In this document: one piece after another, positions 49,501 through 60,859 of the stretch | Position numbering within the stretch: position 1 is the first letter of the stretch | How the letters are laid out: every line of letters begins with the position of its first letter | From: Macrostomum hystrix | Lineage: Eukaryota; Animalia; Platyhelminthes | Direction of reading: 5' to 3' | DNA: 64,000 bases | NCBI GenBank assembly: GCA_950097015.1 | Contig: CATNEN010000038.1 | Location: 13,950,001-14,014,000, forward strand | Made by a program: the position numbers and the translations under genes | The notes under the pieces: generated by a model | Seen by the model: only the letters and a program-made list of their open reading frames with translations | Database searches by the model: none | What the model was told of the DNA's origin: nothing

Positions 49501-50056
49501 GCCGACGTTCCGAGTCAGCGTCGCGCTCGTTCAGGCGCTGCATCAGCAGATTTTGCTGCTGTACAGCTGCGGAACTGTATTCAGCATCTCTGGCAGTGCC
49601 TAATCCCAGTCTAGTCAGCAGCCTGGCCAGCTTCACTCCGCCGCGTCGCCTGCCGCAGATCACCGCCAGCCCGGTGGCAAGGGCCAACAGGGCCGCGAAG
49701 CCAAGGAAGCCGACGACAATGGCGCCGGCTGAAGAGGATTGGAAAATGCTAGCGGAATCCGGCTGCGTCAATGACTTCAACCTGATTGGTCCGAAACGGA
49801 TAGCCGACTGGAGCCAATCAGTGGCCGAATCCTGATCATCTAGCTGGGCGATGCTGGCAGCCACTGAGGCCAGATTGCAGAAGTTGCCAGTTCGGCAGCA
49901 GTTTCTATGCGGCGACAGGTGACAAAATGAGCTGGCCAGCATTTCCAGAGTGGCCTCGTTGGCTAGGGATTTGGGATCTGCCGAGGCAACTCGATCCAGG
50001 CAACTGGTGTGGGATAGATACAGACATAGCAATGACACTTCATAGTAATTCATCAT
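46578..50056 (-). CDS. TGF-beta/activin type I receptor Ser/Thr kinase (ALK4/5/7-like L45 loop), divergent
   Basis: Exons 50056-49316, 49093-48878, 47666-47428, 46986-46578. Cys box CCRTGNFCN, TM, GS-like SSSGYGNPSLVQRTIAR, GQGRFGQV, VAIKIF, DNLDAGWETQLWLITDYH, AHCDVKSNNILVK, DFGLA, RVGTVRYLSPE. The N-terminus is uncertain. Confidence 0.92.
47728..48795. repeat. Intronic minisatellite, 24-bp unit (CTACTGGAATCCCTACTCAATGGT)
   Basis: About 44 copies. Confidence 0.98.
49128..49261. repeat. Intronic minisatellite, 20-bp unit (CTGTGCCAGTCTGGTAGCAA)
   Basis: About 6.5 copies. Confidence 0.95.
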
Positions 50057-50536
50057 GAAATTTTAGAGATCATAGGCTACACTACAAAATCTGTAAAAAA
50101 GATTAAATGCCATAATGGACTTGTAATATTTGTTGAAGAAGGATTTTAGCCCAATAGTTAGAGCCTAGGACTCACGATTTATAGGTTGGGAGTTTGATTG
50201 ATGACTCTTCTGATACAATCTTCTGTCTGTTCTTACAATGCATATTCAGATCTGGACAATTATAGCACAGTGTGCAGTTACAAAGCTAGAATGAGTTCAG
50301 ATTTGTCCTAAATTTGACACAACACTTTGCATTGTAAAACATGTTTAGCTATTAGCTATATTTGCTATTACATCTTTTCCTCATCTGTATTATGTTACTT
50401 ATATTACTTATATTATTATAAGTACCTATAAATATACTACAATAAACATGGTCCTGTAATTATGCCTGATGAATTTAAATACTCAACTTTTATTTCTGCT
50501 TTTAATCATTTCTGTAATGATAAAATGCACATATAA

Positions 50537-50586
50537 TAATAAATTGCACATTATAGTGCAATTGCACTATAATGTGCAATTTATTA
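50537..50586. repeat. Perfect 50-bp palindrome (no spacer)
   Basis: TAATAAATTGCACATTATAGTGCAA|TTGCACTATAATGTGCAATTTATTA, checked base by base. Confidence 0.95.
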
Positions 50587-51685
50587 GATAGTGCAGTTGA
50601 CATACATTTTGTCCAAACAAAATTTGTTTGAGCACACATTTTGCCTACTATGTCTATGTGTCTATAGAATACTTATTGTAAATTACATGCTGATTTATTG
50701 GATATATTTTATGACATGATCCATGTTACATGTAGAAATTATAATTTCAATATATAGAAACACATAGAATATTAAATATTCTCTGTCCAGAATGTTCTGC
50801 AATCTGCTTTGCAATATGCTTTAGAATGTTCAAAGCAAAGTGTAAAGTGTTTTTAAAAGAATATAATAGATGTCCAAACAAAGTTTTTAAGTGGAATTTC
50901 AATAAAGTGTACCCTTTTAATCTGTCTTTATTCTAATGTGCCTGTCTACATTTTTATTCCAATAGGAGCTTTGAAGGGCTCCAATTGTAAAGGAAATAGA
51001 CCTTGAAGTTTGACACATCATGCCATCATGAATTTTAGTCACTAGGGCCTATCAATTGATTTTGACGGGTCACTTCTGGTTGCAGATGCCATCTCAAATT
51101 TACCAGGTTCACTTAGCTGATATTAGTTATAATTATTGAGTCAGAAAATTCAAAGTAGAATCCTCTGCCTTGAAATCTGTTTACAAGAATTCCAAGATAT
51201 TTCTAATTTTCTAGGAATGTACAGTTTTTGCAACATTTGTTTTTCATGTTTTGTAATAGTTTTAGAAAGTTTTTCTAGGACAAGGCTTCTAAGGTAGGAA
51301 ATAGTTTCTGTGCTGTCTATTATAAAAGAAAAGCACAAAATTGGACTACCTAAGACATTTGTTCAAAACTAGAAAGAAAAAGCAATGGTCTAAATACCCA
51401 AATGATTATCCAGAATGGCTATTGTTCTTTGTTTCCTAGAAAAAAATATAGTCTTCATTTATTTACATTTACACAAGTTTACACTAACTATGCCTAACTA
51501 GCTAGCTAGAATAGCTTTAGAAATATTTAACTTGACAAAAGTAGCCAAAAAAGACACAGGAATTAAACATTAAACACAAATGTTAAGAAGCATAATATTA
51601 TCTAGACCTGCATATGAAAAACAAGAAAATGATATAAATGCTTTGAATTATCTAATAGACATAAAATTAATGAAAAAATACTTAC

Positions 51686-52371
51686 CCAAAATTAAAATAC
51701 TTCATTGATAAAAAGTTTTTGTTCAACTCCTTGCATGCATTTGAAGTAACTTTTTCACCATTATCACAATTACTATATTTGTCAAGCTGTTGTTTACAAA
51801 TCACACTAGATAAAGAATCAATGTTAGGGTGCTTTCTTCCTTTGAAACAAAGATCATTTGAAGAAACATGGCACACAGAGTAATCCCATGATGAATTTAT
51901 TGTGCAACAAAGTGGTCTATTTAATAAAGATAAAAGATGCTGCTCAACACGAGACATACAAGATTCATCCTTTTCAATGTATGAATTGTTGTGCACATGT
52001 ATGCAACTGCGAAGCTGGACTAATTTTGTTGCAACCTTTAAGTTGTTATTCCATGCAGATAGTTGGTTTGATGTAAACAAATCTGGCTCGCAGAAAGTTC
52101 TTGATGTCATCAAGTTTAAAAAAAGCGATGAGGTGGAACTATGTAAGTCAAACCAGGTTTTGTTTATTCGATCAGTTAAGAAGCTTAACTTTAGAACTTC
52201 TTCTATTCTTGGTGAATATAAACAATATAACATTTTACATCGGTAGTTATCGGGAAAGATTGCGAAGCAAATCAGAACAAGATAAATAAACTTCTGCATA
52301 TTCATGTAGGAAAAACTTGAAGCAGACATACTTAAAAAAGAAAAACTGTTAAAAAATCCAATAAGGATCAT
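51686..52371 (-). CDS. Cys-rich secreted/ectodomain-like coding exon, probable upstream exon of the type I receptor locus
   Basis: 229-codon ORF in very AT-rich DNA with signal-peptide-like MQKFIYLVLICFAIF, 13 Cys, ending at a strong donor GG|GTAAGT (phase 2). Confidence 0.5.
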
Positions 52372-52760
52372 AAGAATATGAGGAGAGAGGCGTTATGCAC
52401 TATTAATCACACGCTACACATTGTGTTGACTTATCTGCTCGGTTTCGTGGAAAATTCACTCAATTTTGCAAGTTGAAGTTAATCAGTAAAATTCATAAAC
52501 ATTTTAATGAATCGGTATTGTGCACGTGAATAAGCAAAGAGTAAATAATTAAAAAAAGACACAGCGCAAATAAAATATATCCGTTTACATTTGTTTTATC
52601 AGTCCAGCTGCCAAATTGATCGTAATGGTGTTGGTTATATATAATTTATATAACTTATATTATATAAGTTGCCAGCTGGCAACTTGTACTTTTTCTTAAT
52701 TGTAAAGGCTTTGAATCCTTTGATTTATTTATGTAAGCGGTTATCTAAACTAATGGTTTG
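52200..52760. promoter_or_regulatory. Candidate bidirectional promoter (CpG-retaining island)
   Basis: Lies between the divergent receptor and STXBP4-like genes. CpG is present here and nearly absent on both flanks. Contains CACGTG and the palindrome AAGTTGCCAGCTGGCAACTT. Confidence 0.4.
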
Positions 52761-54050
52761 ATATTTTTTATTTTCTAATTTTTTATTTTTACTGAATCCT
52801 TTCAGGGCCTAATGTATTTTAGCATAGCTGTATGTATAGTAAACTTTTTTGCCTGTGCTGTTCTACAAGGTCCTGTGCAAATAGTACCAACTTTATCCAT
52901 GGAGATCTGTGCCAATAATGCTCACCTTCTCTGCACAGCAGCTTGCTATAATAGGCTACCACATAATTGTCGATTTTATATATGCTAGGCCTATAGTCGT
53001 GATCATGCAGTTTATGCTGTAAATTTCCTGCATTAAATTTAGATGACAAAATGATGTTGGCATAGGCCTAGTTAGAGTAAAATGTCAAAAGAAAAGTTTA
53101 AGTGTAAAGTTTATGTTGCAAAAGATTGAATTGAGTCAGAAACAAGTCATTTATGGCAATATTTTACTTTATTTTGCATAGGCCTAATTATTTTTCCTTT
53201 TTAAATTGCATATTAATTTGTCATCAGACATCATAAAGTAAGGTAAGTATAGTATAGTAAAGTAAATTCACAAACTATAAGTAACTTTTGTTATTTCTAA
53301 CAAACTTTCTTATATTATAATTGGCTTATTGTTTTTTTGCTCTTCCTTATTGTTCATAAATGTTTTTAATCACAAATGTAAATCATTGCAGGTTTATTAG
53401 TTTTATTAGGCCTATTAATGTTTTTTATTGAAAATTTAAGCATGTGTTAAAAACACAATTCAATATTAACCACTTTGCACAGTTTTTTATGAATTCTAGG
53501 TGTATTTTTCTTGTTGGCATAGGCCTAATTAGGCATTAAATGAAGAAAACATCAAACTTCTTCTGGTTTATAGCCAGCATGATCCAGACTAAGGTATATA
53601 TGCTATTACACAACACCAATATTGGCCCAATGCTACATGGGCTATATGAGTTTAATCAGTAGAAAGTTTATGACTTCACTTGTTGTTATGATCGCAATCA
53701 CAATGTGTCCAAACAATGACCTATTAGTACTAGGTAGGCCTAATAGTCAACCTACCTTTGTCCTAGGTCTAAGATTGAGCCCTGTGAGCAAGTTTTTTGT
53801 TATTGGCCTAGTTGTATTAGCATATTTTATGGCTTATGTTAAGTTTAAGGTTAAGTCAACTGAATTTGAGTAAATCTATGAGAGTTCATAGGCTATAGGA
53901 CATTTTCAGAGTAGAAATTTATATTACAACTTATTAGTGATTTCTCTCTTGGTTTGTAGGTTACATTTTATATATTTAAATAAGTATTTTTGCTGCTTTA
54001 ATGTTCTTTGCCGTGAACTGTCCACTCCAGACTGACCAAGACTAGGCCCA

Positions 54051-56139
54051 ATGACGCAAGACACACGCAGTCAGCAGCAGAAGCATCAGCACCACCAAGA
54101 AGAGGAGTTGCTGGAGATTGACCTACCAGCGTACAGTCCCAGCAAGCCTCTCGGCATTGAGTTTCTATTTGGCCATCTCGATCTACCCCGCGGCCCAACT
54201 CGCGGCTTGTTTGTCCGGCGCATTGACAAGCGATTGTCCAATGTCGACGGCCGAGACCCAGACGCTGTTGGCGTCAGCCTGCTGGAGGAGGGCGACTTTG
54301 TACTGTCGGCCAACGGCCGGGATCTTCGAGCCGCTGCCTCGGAGGCCGCAGCCATGGAAGCCGTCCGCCAATCAGCTGGTCCGCGGTGCCGCCTGCGCAT
54401 TCTAAGAAGCGACTTTGTTCGATCGGAATTTCTCAATTGCCTCGTGCGATCTTTGAATGGCGATCGTGCTCTGCCAGCGGCCGTGGTCGACTCCGTTGAC
54501 GCGGCCAAGGCTAACGCGGCTAGGCAGCAACGACGGCAGCTGCAGTCGAAGTCGCAGCCTCGGCTGACGCAGCAGCCGCAAATCTCCACCCTGTCATCAG
54601 GAGCTCGGGTTCCATTGGCCAAGTTGGAGTCCGCCCTAGCCAGGCTGGGATATCGTTTCTCGCCGGCAGAATTGGCCCAGCTTAGAGCGGCTGTGGCTGC
54701 CGGCAGCGGCGACGATGGTGTACCGTTTGGCCGTTTCATTGCCGCAGTCAGCGACATTTGCGGTCGCCGACGAGTCGACACCAGGCCGAGCAATAACGAG
54801 GTTGACGATGCCGTTATTGGTGAGGAAAAACTATTTCTGCTTTTCCTCGCTTTTTAGAATAAAACAGAATACAGAAAAGACAGGTAAAGACATGGTGTGA
54901 GGGAAAGGAGATGGATATGATAACCATAATTATTATTATTAGTGCAGGAGGGCTGCGGGCAATGGCCATCATTTAGTGACATTTTGCCCATTTCGCTGAT
55001 TCCTTAGCACACACACACACAGATACCGTACGCAGGCTCACGCTCACTCAGGTGTGTACATCTGCTCTGACTTTCTCATGGTCAGGCAGTGTTCACTTGA
55101 ATGTTGGCCCTCTAGGGCGTAAATTGCAAGCCACCAAGCCTTCTCTCTGCATCTGCGCCCTAAATAAATATTTCCTCGTCGCTTAATCGAGCTCAGGGAC
55201 CTTGGTGCGAGAGGCAAACGCGTTAGACCACTCTGCCACTCACCCCCAAAGGACAGGATAGCTTCTGACTAGGTGTCACACCTTTCCACGAAAATGGTGC
55301 TAGATTGTTGGGTCACTCGGGTCGAAGAAGTGGAGATTGGTGGTGTGAGAGATTATTCGTCTGCTAACTTTGATTAAGGTCATGCAAAATGCAAAAAAGT
55401 AATGTTATAAAACACACTTCCAGTCGGCGCTTCGGCCACGTCGTTGGCTGCTCCACCGCCGTCTTCGCGTCATCGTCCAAACGCTGAAAAAGTTAGCCTA
55501 ACAACTTCGAAGCAGCTGACGCGAACATCAACTACGGCCACCCAAACGCTGCCGCATAGATCAGCTGACGCCGACCAATCGTCGGCTGCCGTCGCTGCTG
55601 CTGCTGCTGCCGTTGCCGAAGCCAAGTCCGAGGCTCGCGACCTCGCCGATCGGTGCGCCGCTCTGCAGCGCCGACTTGACGAGTCCGAGACCACCGGCGA
55701 GCGAGACCGGCGCCGACTGGCCGTCCTAGCTGGCGAGCTGCGCAAAGCCGGTCGCCATAACAACCGGTTGGCAACGGCGCTCCAGGCGACGCTGGATCTG
55801 CTGGGCCGCCTAAACAATCTCGATGATGCCGAGCGAGCCGAAGCCGACGCTGTTGCCGAACAGGTGGCTACGTTGCTAGGCAGCGAAGACGCCACAGGTG
55901 AGCGAGAGGATGACCTGCCGACCGGCTGGGAGTCCGCCAGAATCGGCAACAATCCCGAAACTGTTGTCTACGTGAATCACGCTGAAGGCCGAGTGGCGGC
56001 CGCTCGTCAGGCCCCAGCGCCCAGGCTGGACGGCGAGGCGGTCGGGGCTGGCGAGGGCGAGCGGCCAAAGCGGCTGCAGCGCTACAGGATGGACGTTCTG
56101 GACCGCAACGGGGTGCCGGTGCGCCAGATTGCGCTGTGA
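54051..56139 (+). CDS. STXBP4: Syntaxin-binding protein 4 / Synip-like (PDZ, EF-hand-like, coiled coil, degenerate WW; about 494 aa)
   Basis: Exons 54051-54819 and 55424-56139 (phase 1). PLGIEF..GLFVRRI..LEEGDFVLSANG PDZ, LARLG..ELAQL..GVPFGRFIAAV EF-like, coiled coil, LPTGWE..VYVNH WW. The domain order matches STXBP4. Confidence 0.78.
54926..55247 (-). mobile_element. SINE family A, near full-length (intronic)
   Basis: GGGGGTGAGTGGCAGAGTGG..GCGTTTGCCTCTCGC..GAGCTCGATT head, shared body, (TAA)n tail. Confidence 0.88.
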
Positions 56140-56312
56140 TCGGATCTGACACCGCTTCCTTACAGACTCCGTTCCGGTTTCTGTATTCCTTTTAAGTTTC
56201 AAATTTTTACTTTTTTACTATTTTGTAACTGCAAGAATAATTTCATCTGACAATTTATGAGCTAAACACACTTTCTCACTTACCTGCTGTACACAATCTC
56301 TGTCATTCCCTC

Positions 56313-57040
56313 TTATTCACTCCCGTTCACTCCCTTTCACTCCCATTCACTCCCATTCACTCTCATTCACTCCCAATTACTCTCATTCACTCCCATTCAC
56401 TCTCATTCACTCTCATTCACTCCCATTCACTCTCATTCACTCTCATTCAGTCCCATTCACTCTCATTCACTCCCATTCACTCTCATTCACTCTCATTCAC
56501 TCCCATTCAGTCCCATTCACTCTCAATCCCTCTCATTCACTCCCATTCACTCTCATTCACTCCCATTCACTCTCATTCACTCCCATTCACTCTCATTCAC
56601 TCTCATTCAGTCCCATTCACTCTCATTCACTCCCATTCACTCTCATTCACTCTCATTCACTCCCATTCAGTCCCATTCACTCTCAATCCCTCTCATTCAC
56701 TCCCATTCACTCTCATTCACTCCCATTCACTCTCATTCACTCCCAATTACTCTCATTCACTCTCATTCACTCCCATTCACTCTCATTCACTCTCATTCAC
56801 TCCCATTCACTCTCATTCACTCTCATTCAGTCCCATTCACTCTCATTCACTCCCATTCACTCTCATTCACTCTCATTCACTCCCATTCAGTCCCATTCAC
56901 TCTCAATCCCTCTCATTCACTCCCATTCACTCTCATTCACTCCCATTCACTCTCATTCACTCCCATTCACTCTCATTCACTCTCATTCACTCCCATTCAC
57001 TCTCATTCAGTCCCATTCACTCTCATTTACTCTCATTCAT
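56313..57040. repeat. 10-bp minisatellite (TC[C/T]CATTCAC)
   Basis: About 70 copies with higher-order variant blocks. Confidence 0.98.
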
Positions 57041-57544
57041 TTTCACTGTTATTTACCACCCGTATTACTGTTTTCCTGGCTCTCAATATCTGCCTTCTGA
57101 CACTCGTTTTTCTCCTTTCTGTTTTTTAATTCAACGTAGTTCGCATCGGTAATTATCGATCGATTGATTTTAGTTCAACAGACTAATAGGGAACGCGATG
57201 CCTTCTGAAATTGCTTTTGTGCCTAGTCTAGTCAGTCTATCATAGTATGGTTTAATGGTGTTATTCAGTTAATTGTGCACTTTTTGTATCTCCAATGTAC
57301 TTGTTTCTTCCCCACTGACTGGTACCCCAGTATTCGATTAAAAAGTTTATTTTTCGCTTTAAAGACTACTATTTTCTGAAAAGAAGCAGATTTTTAGTCA
57401 CAGTTTAATCACAATTTTGTCTTCCATTTTCAGGACAGGTCTTCCTAATTGTAAAGTACAGTTGTGTAAGACAATTTTGCTATTTTTACAGTGCCTCAAA
57501 TGCTGTTTTTAATTGTTCTTATAAGCTTTTTCCTATGTGGATGT

Positions 57545-57752
57545 TTCTAAAAATAGCAACATAATAACGAACGGGGTTGCACTGAAATTTGATTCTAAAA
57601 ATAGCAACATAATAACGAACGGGGTTGCACTGAAATTTGATTCTAAAAATAGCAACATAATAACGAACGGGGTTGCACTGAAATTTGATTCTAAAAATAG
57701 CAACATAATAACGAACGGGGTTGCACTGAAATTTGATTCTAAAAATAGCAAC
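57545..57752. repeat. 48-bp perfect tandem repeat
   Basis: About 4.3 identical copies. Confidence 0.96.
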
Positions 57753-58675
57753 TTCATAGGGATTTTCCTTAAGATTTATAAGAAAGAAATAGCTAAAAAT
57801 TTGTGTTATTAGAATGTTTTCTATTTTCCTGGCTCTTTAATGGTACATTTTTGCTTCCTATTTACATTTTTATTGTGAAACTTCTTTTTTTAAACTGCTA
57901 TTGATGGAATAAGCTTAGCCTATGAAAATTGTTTTTGTGTTTTTATCATTTTTGTCAGAAACTAGGCTGTGCCTTTAATATATTAAATATAATTTGAAAT
58001 CATGTACTTCATTGATAAAAGTGTTTTTTAGTTTTTTGTGACAGTATGCTTATGGGAACACGGCGATATGCAAATGCAATTTATTTTGAAGCATGACGGG
58101 TTGATAAAACAAGGTTCTAAAACATTTTTGTTGTTGAAAAGGACCGACTAAAATAATCACTTATATACAACATCATAACAAGAAAATTTCTAAACAGAGT
58201 TGTTTAAAGCATCTCGATATTATACCTACAGTAGTAAGTATCGAATTCTCTCACTGAAAACATTTGCAAACGCGGAAATGTTATTAAAAATGTAATTTAC
58301 GAGTATTTACATGTTTTTACAAGAACATACGAGATCCTCCTTAATACAATAATTTATCAATGTACATTGCAGAGCTGATAACAGGATAAATGGGCAAATC
58401 GCTGACTGTAATAGGAAATAATTGTAGATAGATTTTGTTCTCACGTGATCAATATAACATTGTCGATGTCCAAAACAAACAAAAAATGCTAACATTAAAG
58501 TTAAAACAGTGAGCTGAAAAAAGTTTAATTGCACACGCCAACACCGACCATCCAAAAATTTTTATCCTCGACCAATCACAACCCAACAACCCCGCCATCC
58601 CATTTTCTAACCCTATCTATCTAAGGCTATCTAAGTCTCAAGCCAGCAGCACTACACACAATTTTATGCCATCCA

Positions 58676-59425
58676 ACTCGTCCAATCACAAGCCTAGAGC
58701 ACCCGCAACTTTCCAAAATCAAGCTCGTCCAATCACAAGCCTAGAGCACCCGCAACTTTCCAAAATCAAGCTCGTCCAATCACAAGCCTACAGCACCCCC
58801 ATTTTTCAAATCCAAGCTAGTCCAATCACAAGCCTACAGCACCCGCAACTTTCCAAAATCAAGCTCGTCCAATCACAAGCCTAGAGCACCCGCAACTTTC
58901 CAAAATCAAGCTCGTCCAATCACAAGCCTACAGCACCCCCAACTTTCCAAAATCAAGCTCGTCCAATCACAAGCCTAGAGCACCCCAACTTTCCAAAATC
59001 AAGCTCGTCCAATCACAAGCCTAGAGCATCCGCAACTTTCCAAAATCAAGCTCGTCCAATCACAAGCCTAGAGCACCCGCAACTTTCCAAAATCAAGCTC
59101 GTCCAATCACAAGCCTAGAGCACCCGCAGCTTTCCAAAATCAAGCTCGTCCAATCACAAGCCTTGAGCACCCGCAACTTTCCAAAATCAAGCTCGTCCAA
59201 TCACAAGCCTAGAGCATCCGCAACTTTCCAAAATCAAGCTCGTCCAATCACAAGCCTAGAGCATCCGCAACTTTCCAAAATCAAGCTCGTCCAATCACAA
59301 GCCTAGAGCACCCGCAACTTTCCAAAATCAAGCTCGTCCAATCACAAGCCTAGAGCACCCCAACTTTCCAAAATCAAGCTCGTCCAATCACAAGCCTACA
59401 GCACCCCCATTTTTCCTAAATCAAA
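58676..59425. repeat. 47-bp minisatellite with CCAATCAC in each unit
   Basis: About 16 copies. Confidence 0.97.
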
Positions 59426-59640
59426 CTTGTCGAACCCAAGCCTATACAACACCGCACATATTTTACACCTGTATTTTAGCACAGGTGTTCACTGCACCCA
59501 CCCCTGCCTGCAATATCGTACGAGTACTACACAGCACAGCGCTAAACCTTGCATGATGCCTCACTTCAACCACAAGAAGAGCTTACTTTTAGGTGGAAGT
59601 TCCATTTCAGGGGTAGCAGAAAAGCCATTTAAAATCTCGA

Positions 59641-60633
59641 TTAGATCGCACCTCCCACTCTTGTGGTTGCTGTAGTTACTATTGTTGCATTCCGTCGTTC
59701 CGAATCAGACGGGATGTGCGGCTGTGACAGCCGCTGCTGCTGCTGCTGCGAATTGAGTTGCTGATTTGGCATTCCAGATTGGTAATAGGACCGACGGACT
59801 GCGGTGATAGGTGGGAGAACTTCATGTTGAAATGAAGACTCACAGATTACAGTTGGTTCATCCCACTTTTTTCCGTTCGAAACAAACCACACTCCCTTCC
59901 CACTCTACCCGCTCTCCCTTGCTACTCTACCCGCTCTCCCTTGCCACTCTACCCGCTCTCCCTTGCTACTCTACCCGCTCTCCCTTGCTACTCTACCCGC
60001 TCTCCCTTGCCACTCTACCCGCTCTCCCTTGGTACTCTACCCGCTCTCCCTTGCTACTCTACCCGCTCTCCCTTGCCACTCTACCCGCTCTCCCGTGCCA
60101 CTCTACCCGCTCTCCCATGCCACTCTACCCGCTCTCCCTTGCCACTCACCCAAGTCGTCGATGTGGTCGGACATGGACAGCGTGACGCCGACCAGGATGA
60201 CGCAGATGGCTAGCAGGACGAAGGCGACGCCCATCACCACGCGGGCGATTCGCTTCTGCTTCTCGGTTGGCGGACTGGCTTCCGAGTTGATGACCACGGT
60301 TGGGGGATCCGGTGGCAGTAGATCGTCAGCATCGCCCGAGTAGCTGTTCAGCAGTTCCAGCGGAGAGATCGGTGCCAGCTCCACACCCAAGGCTAGGCTG
60401 ACGGCACCGCCACCGCCACCGTCGTCTCTGCCGCCCAGGGCCGACGAAGCCGCGCCGCACCATCTGTCGGTTCTCGCGTCATCGTCTTCGATATAAACTG
60501 GATGATGCTGGTGCTGGTGGTGATGCTGGTGCTGGTGCTGATGCTGGTTCTGGTGCCTCTGCGGAAGCTGCTGGTGCTGGTGGTAATGGTGCTGCTTGCA
60601 GCGGTAACAGAATACACTACCAGGTTGCAGCAT
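59641..60633 (-). CDS. Uncharacterised single-pass membrane protein with an N-terminal His/Gln tract (about 213 aa)
   Basis: Exon 60633-60150 (donor G|GTGAGT) joins in phase 1 to exon 59798-59641 (caccgcag|). Basic residues, then TM KQKRIARVVMGVAFVLLAICVILVGVTL, then SMSDHIDDLVRR. Confidence 0.72.
59895..60150. repeat. Intronic minisatellite, 22-bp unit (CCACTCTACCCGCTCTCCCTTG)
   Basis: About 11 copies abutting the splice donor. Confidence 0.96.
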
Positions 60634-60859
60634 CGTGTTTGGACAGATGCGAGCAGTTTTTCTTCAATTTTTTTCTGCGCCTGGCTTGACTGGGACGAAA
60701 CCTGGTTAGGAAATTTAACGAATTGGCATTCTGGGAGTGACTGACCGGCTGACAAATCGAACTGTATCGGAGACAATAATCAATATGTGGACATGAGAAG
60801 GTGAGAACAAGGGAAGGGGACAAGAGAGGTAGTAGAGAAGAGGGGTCGGGAAGAAGAGT

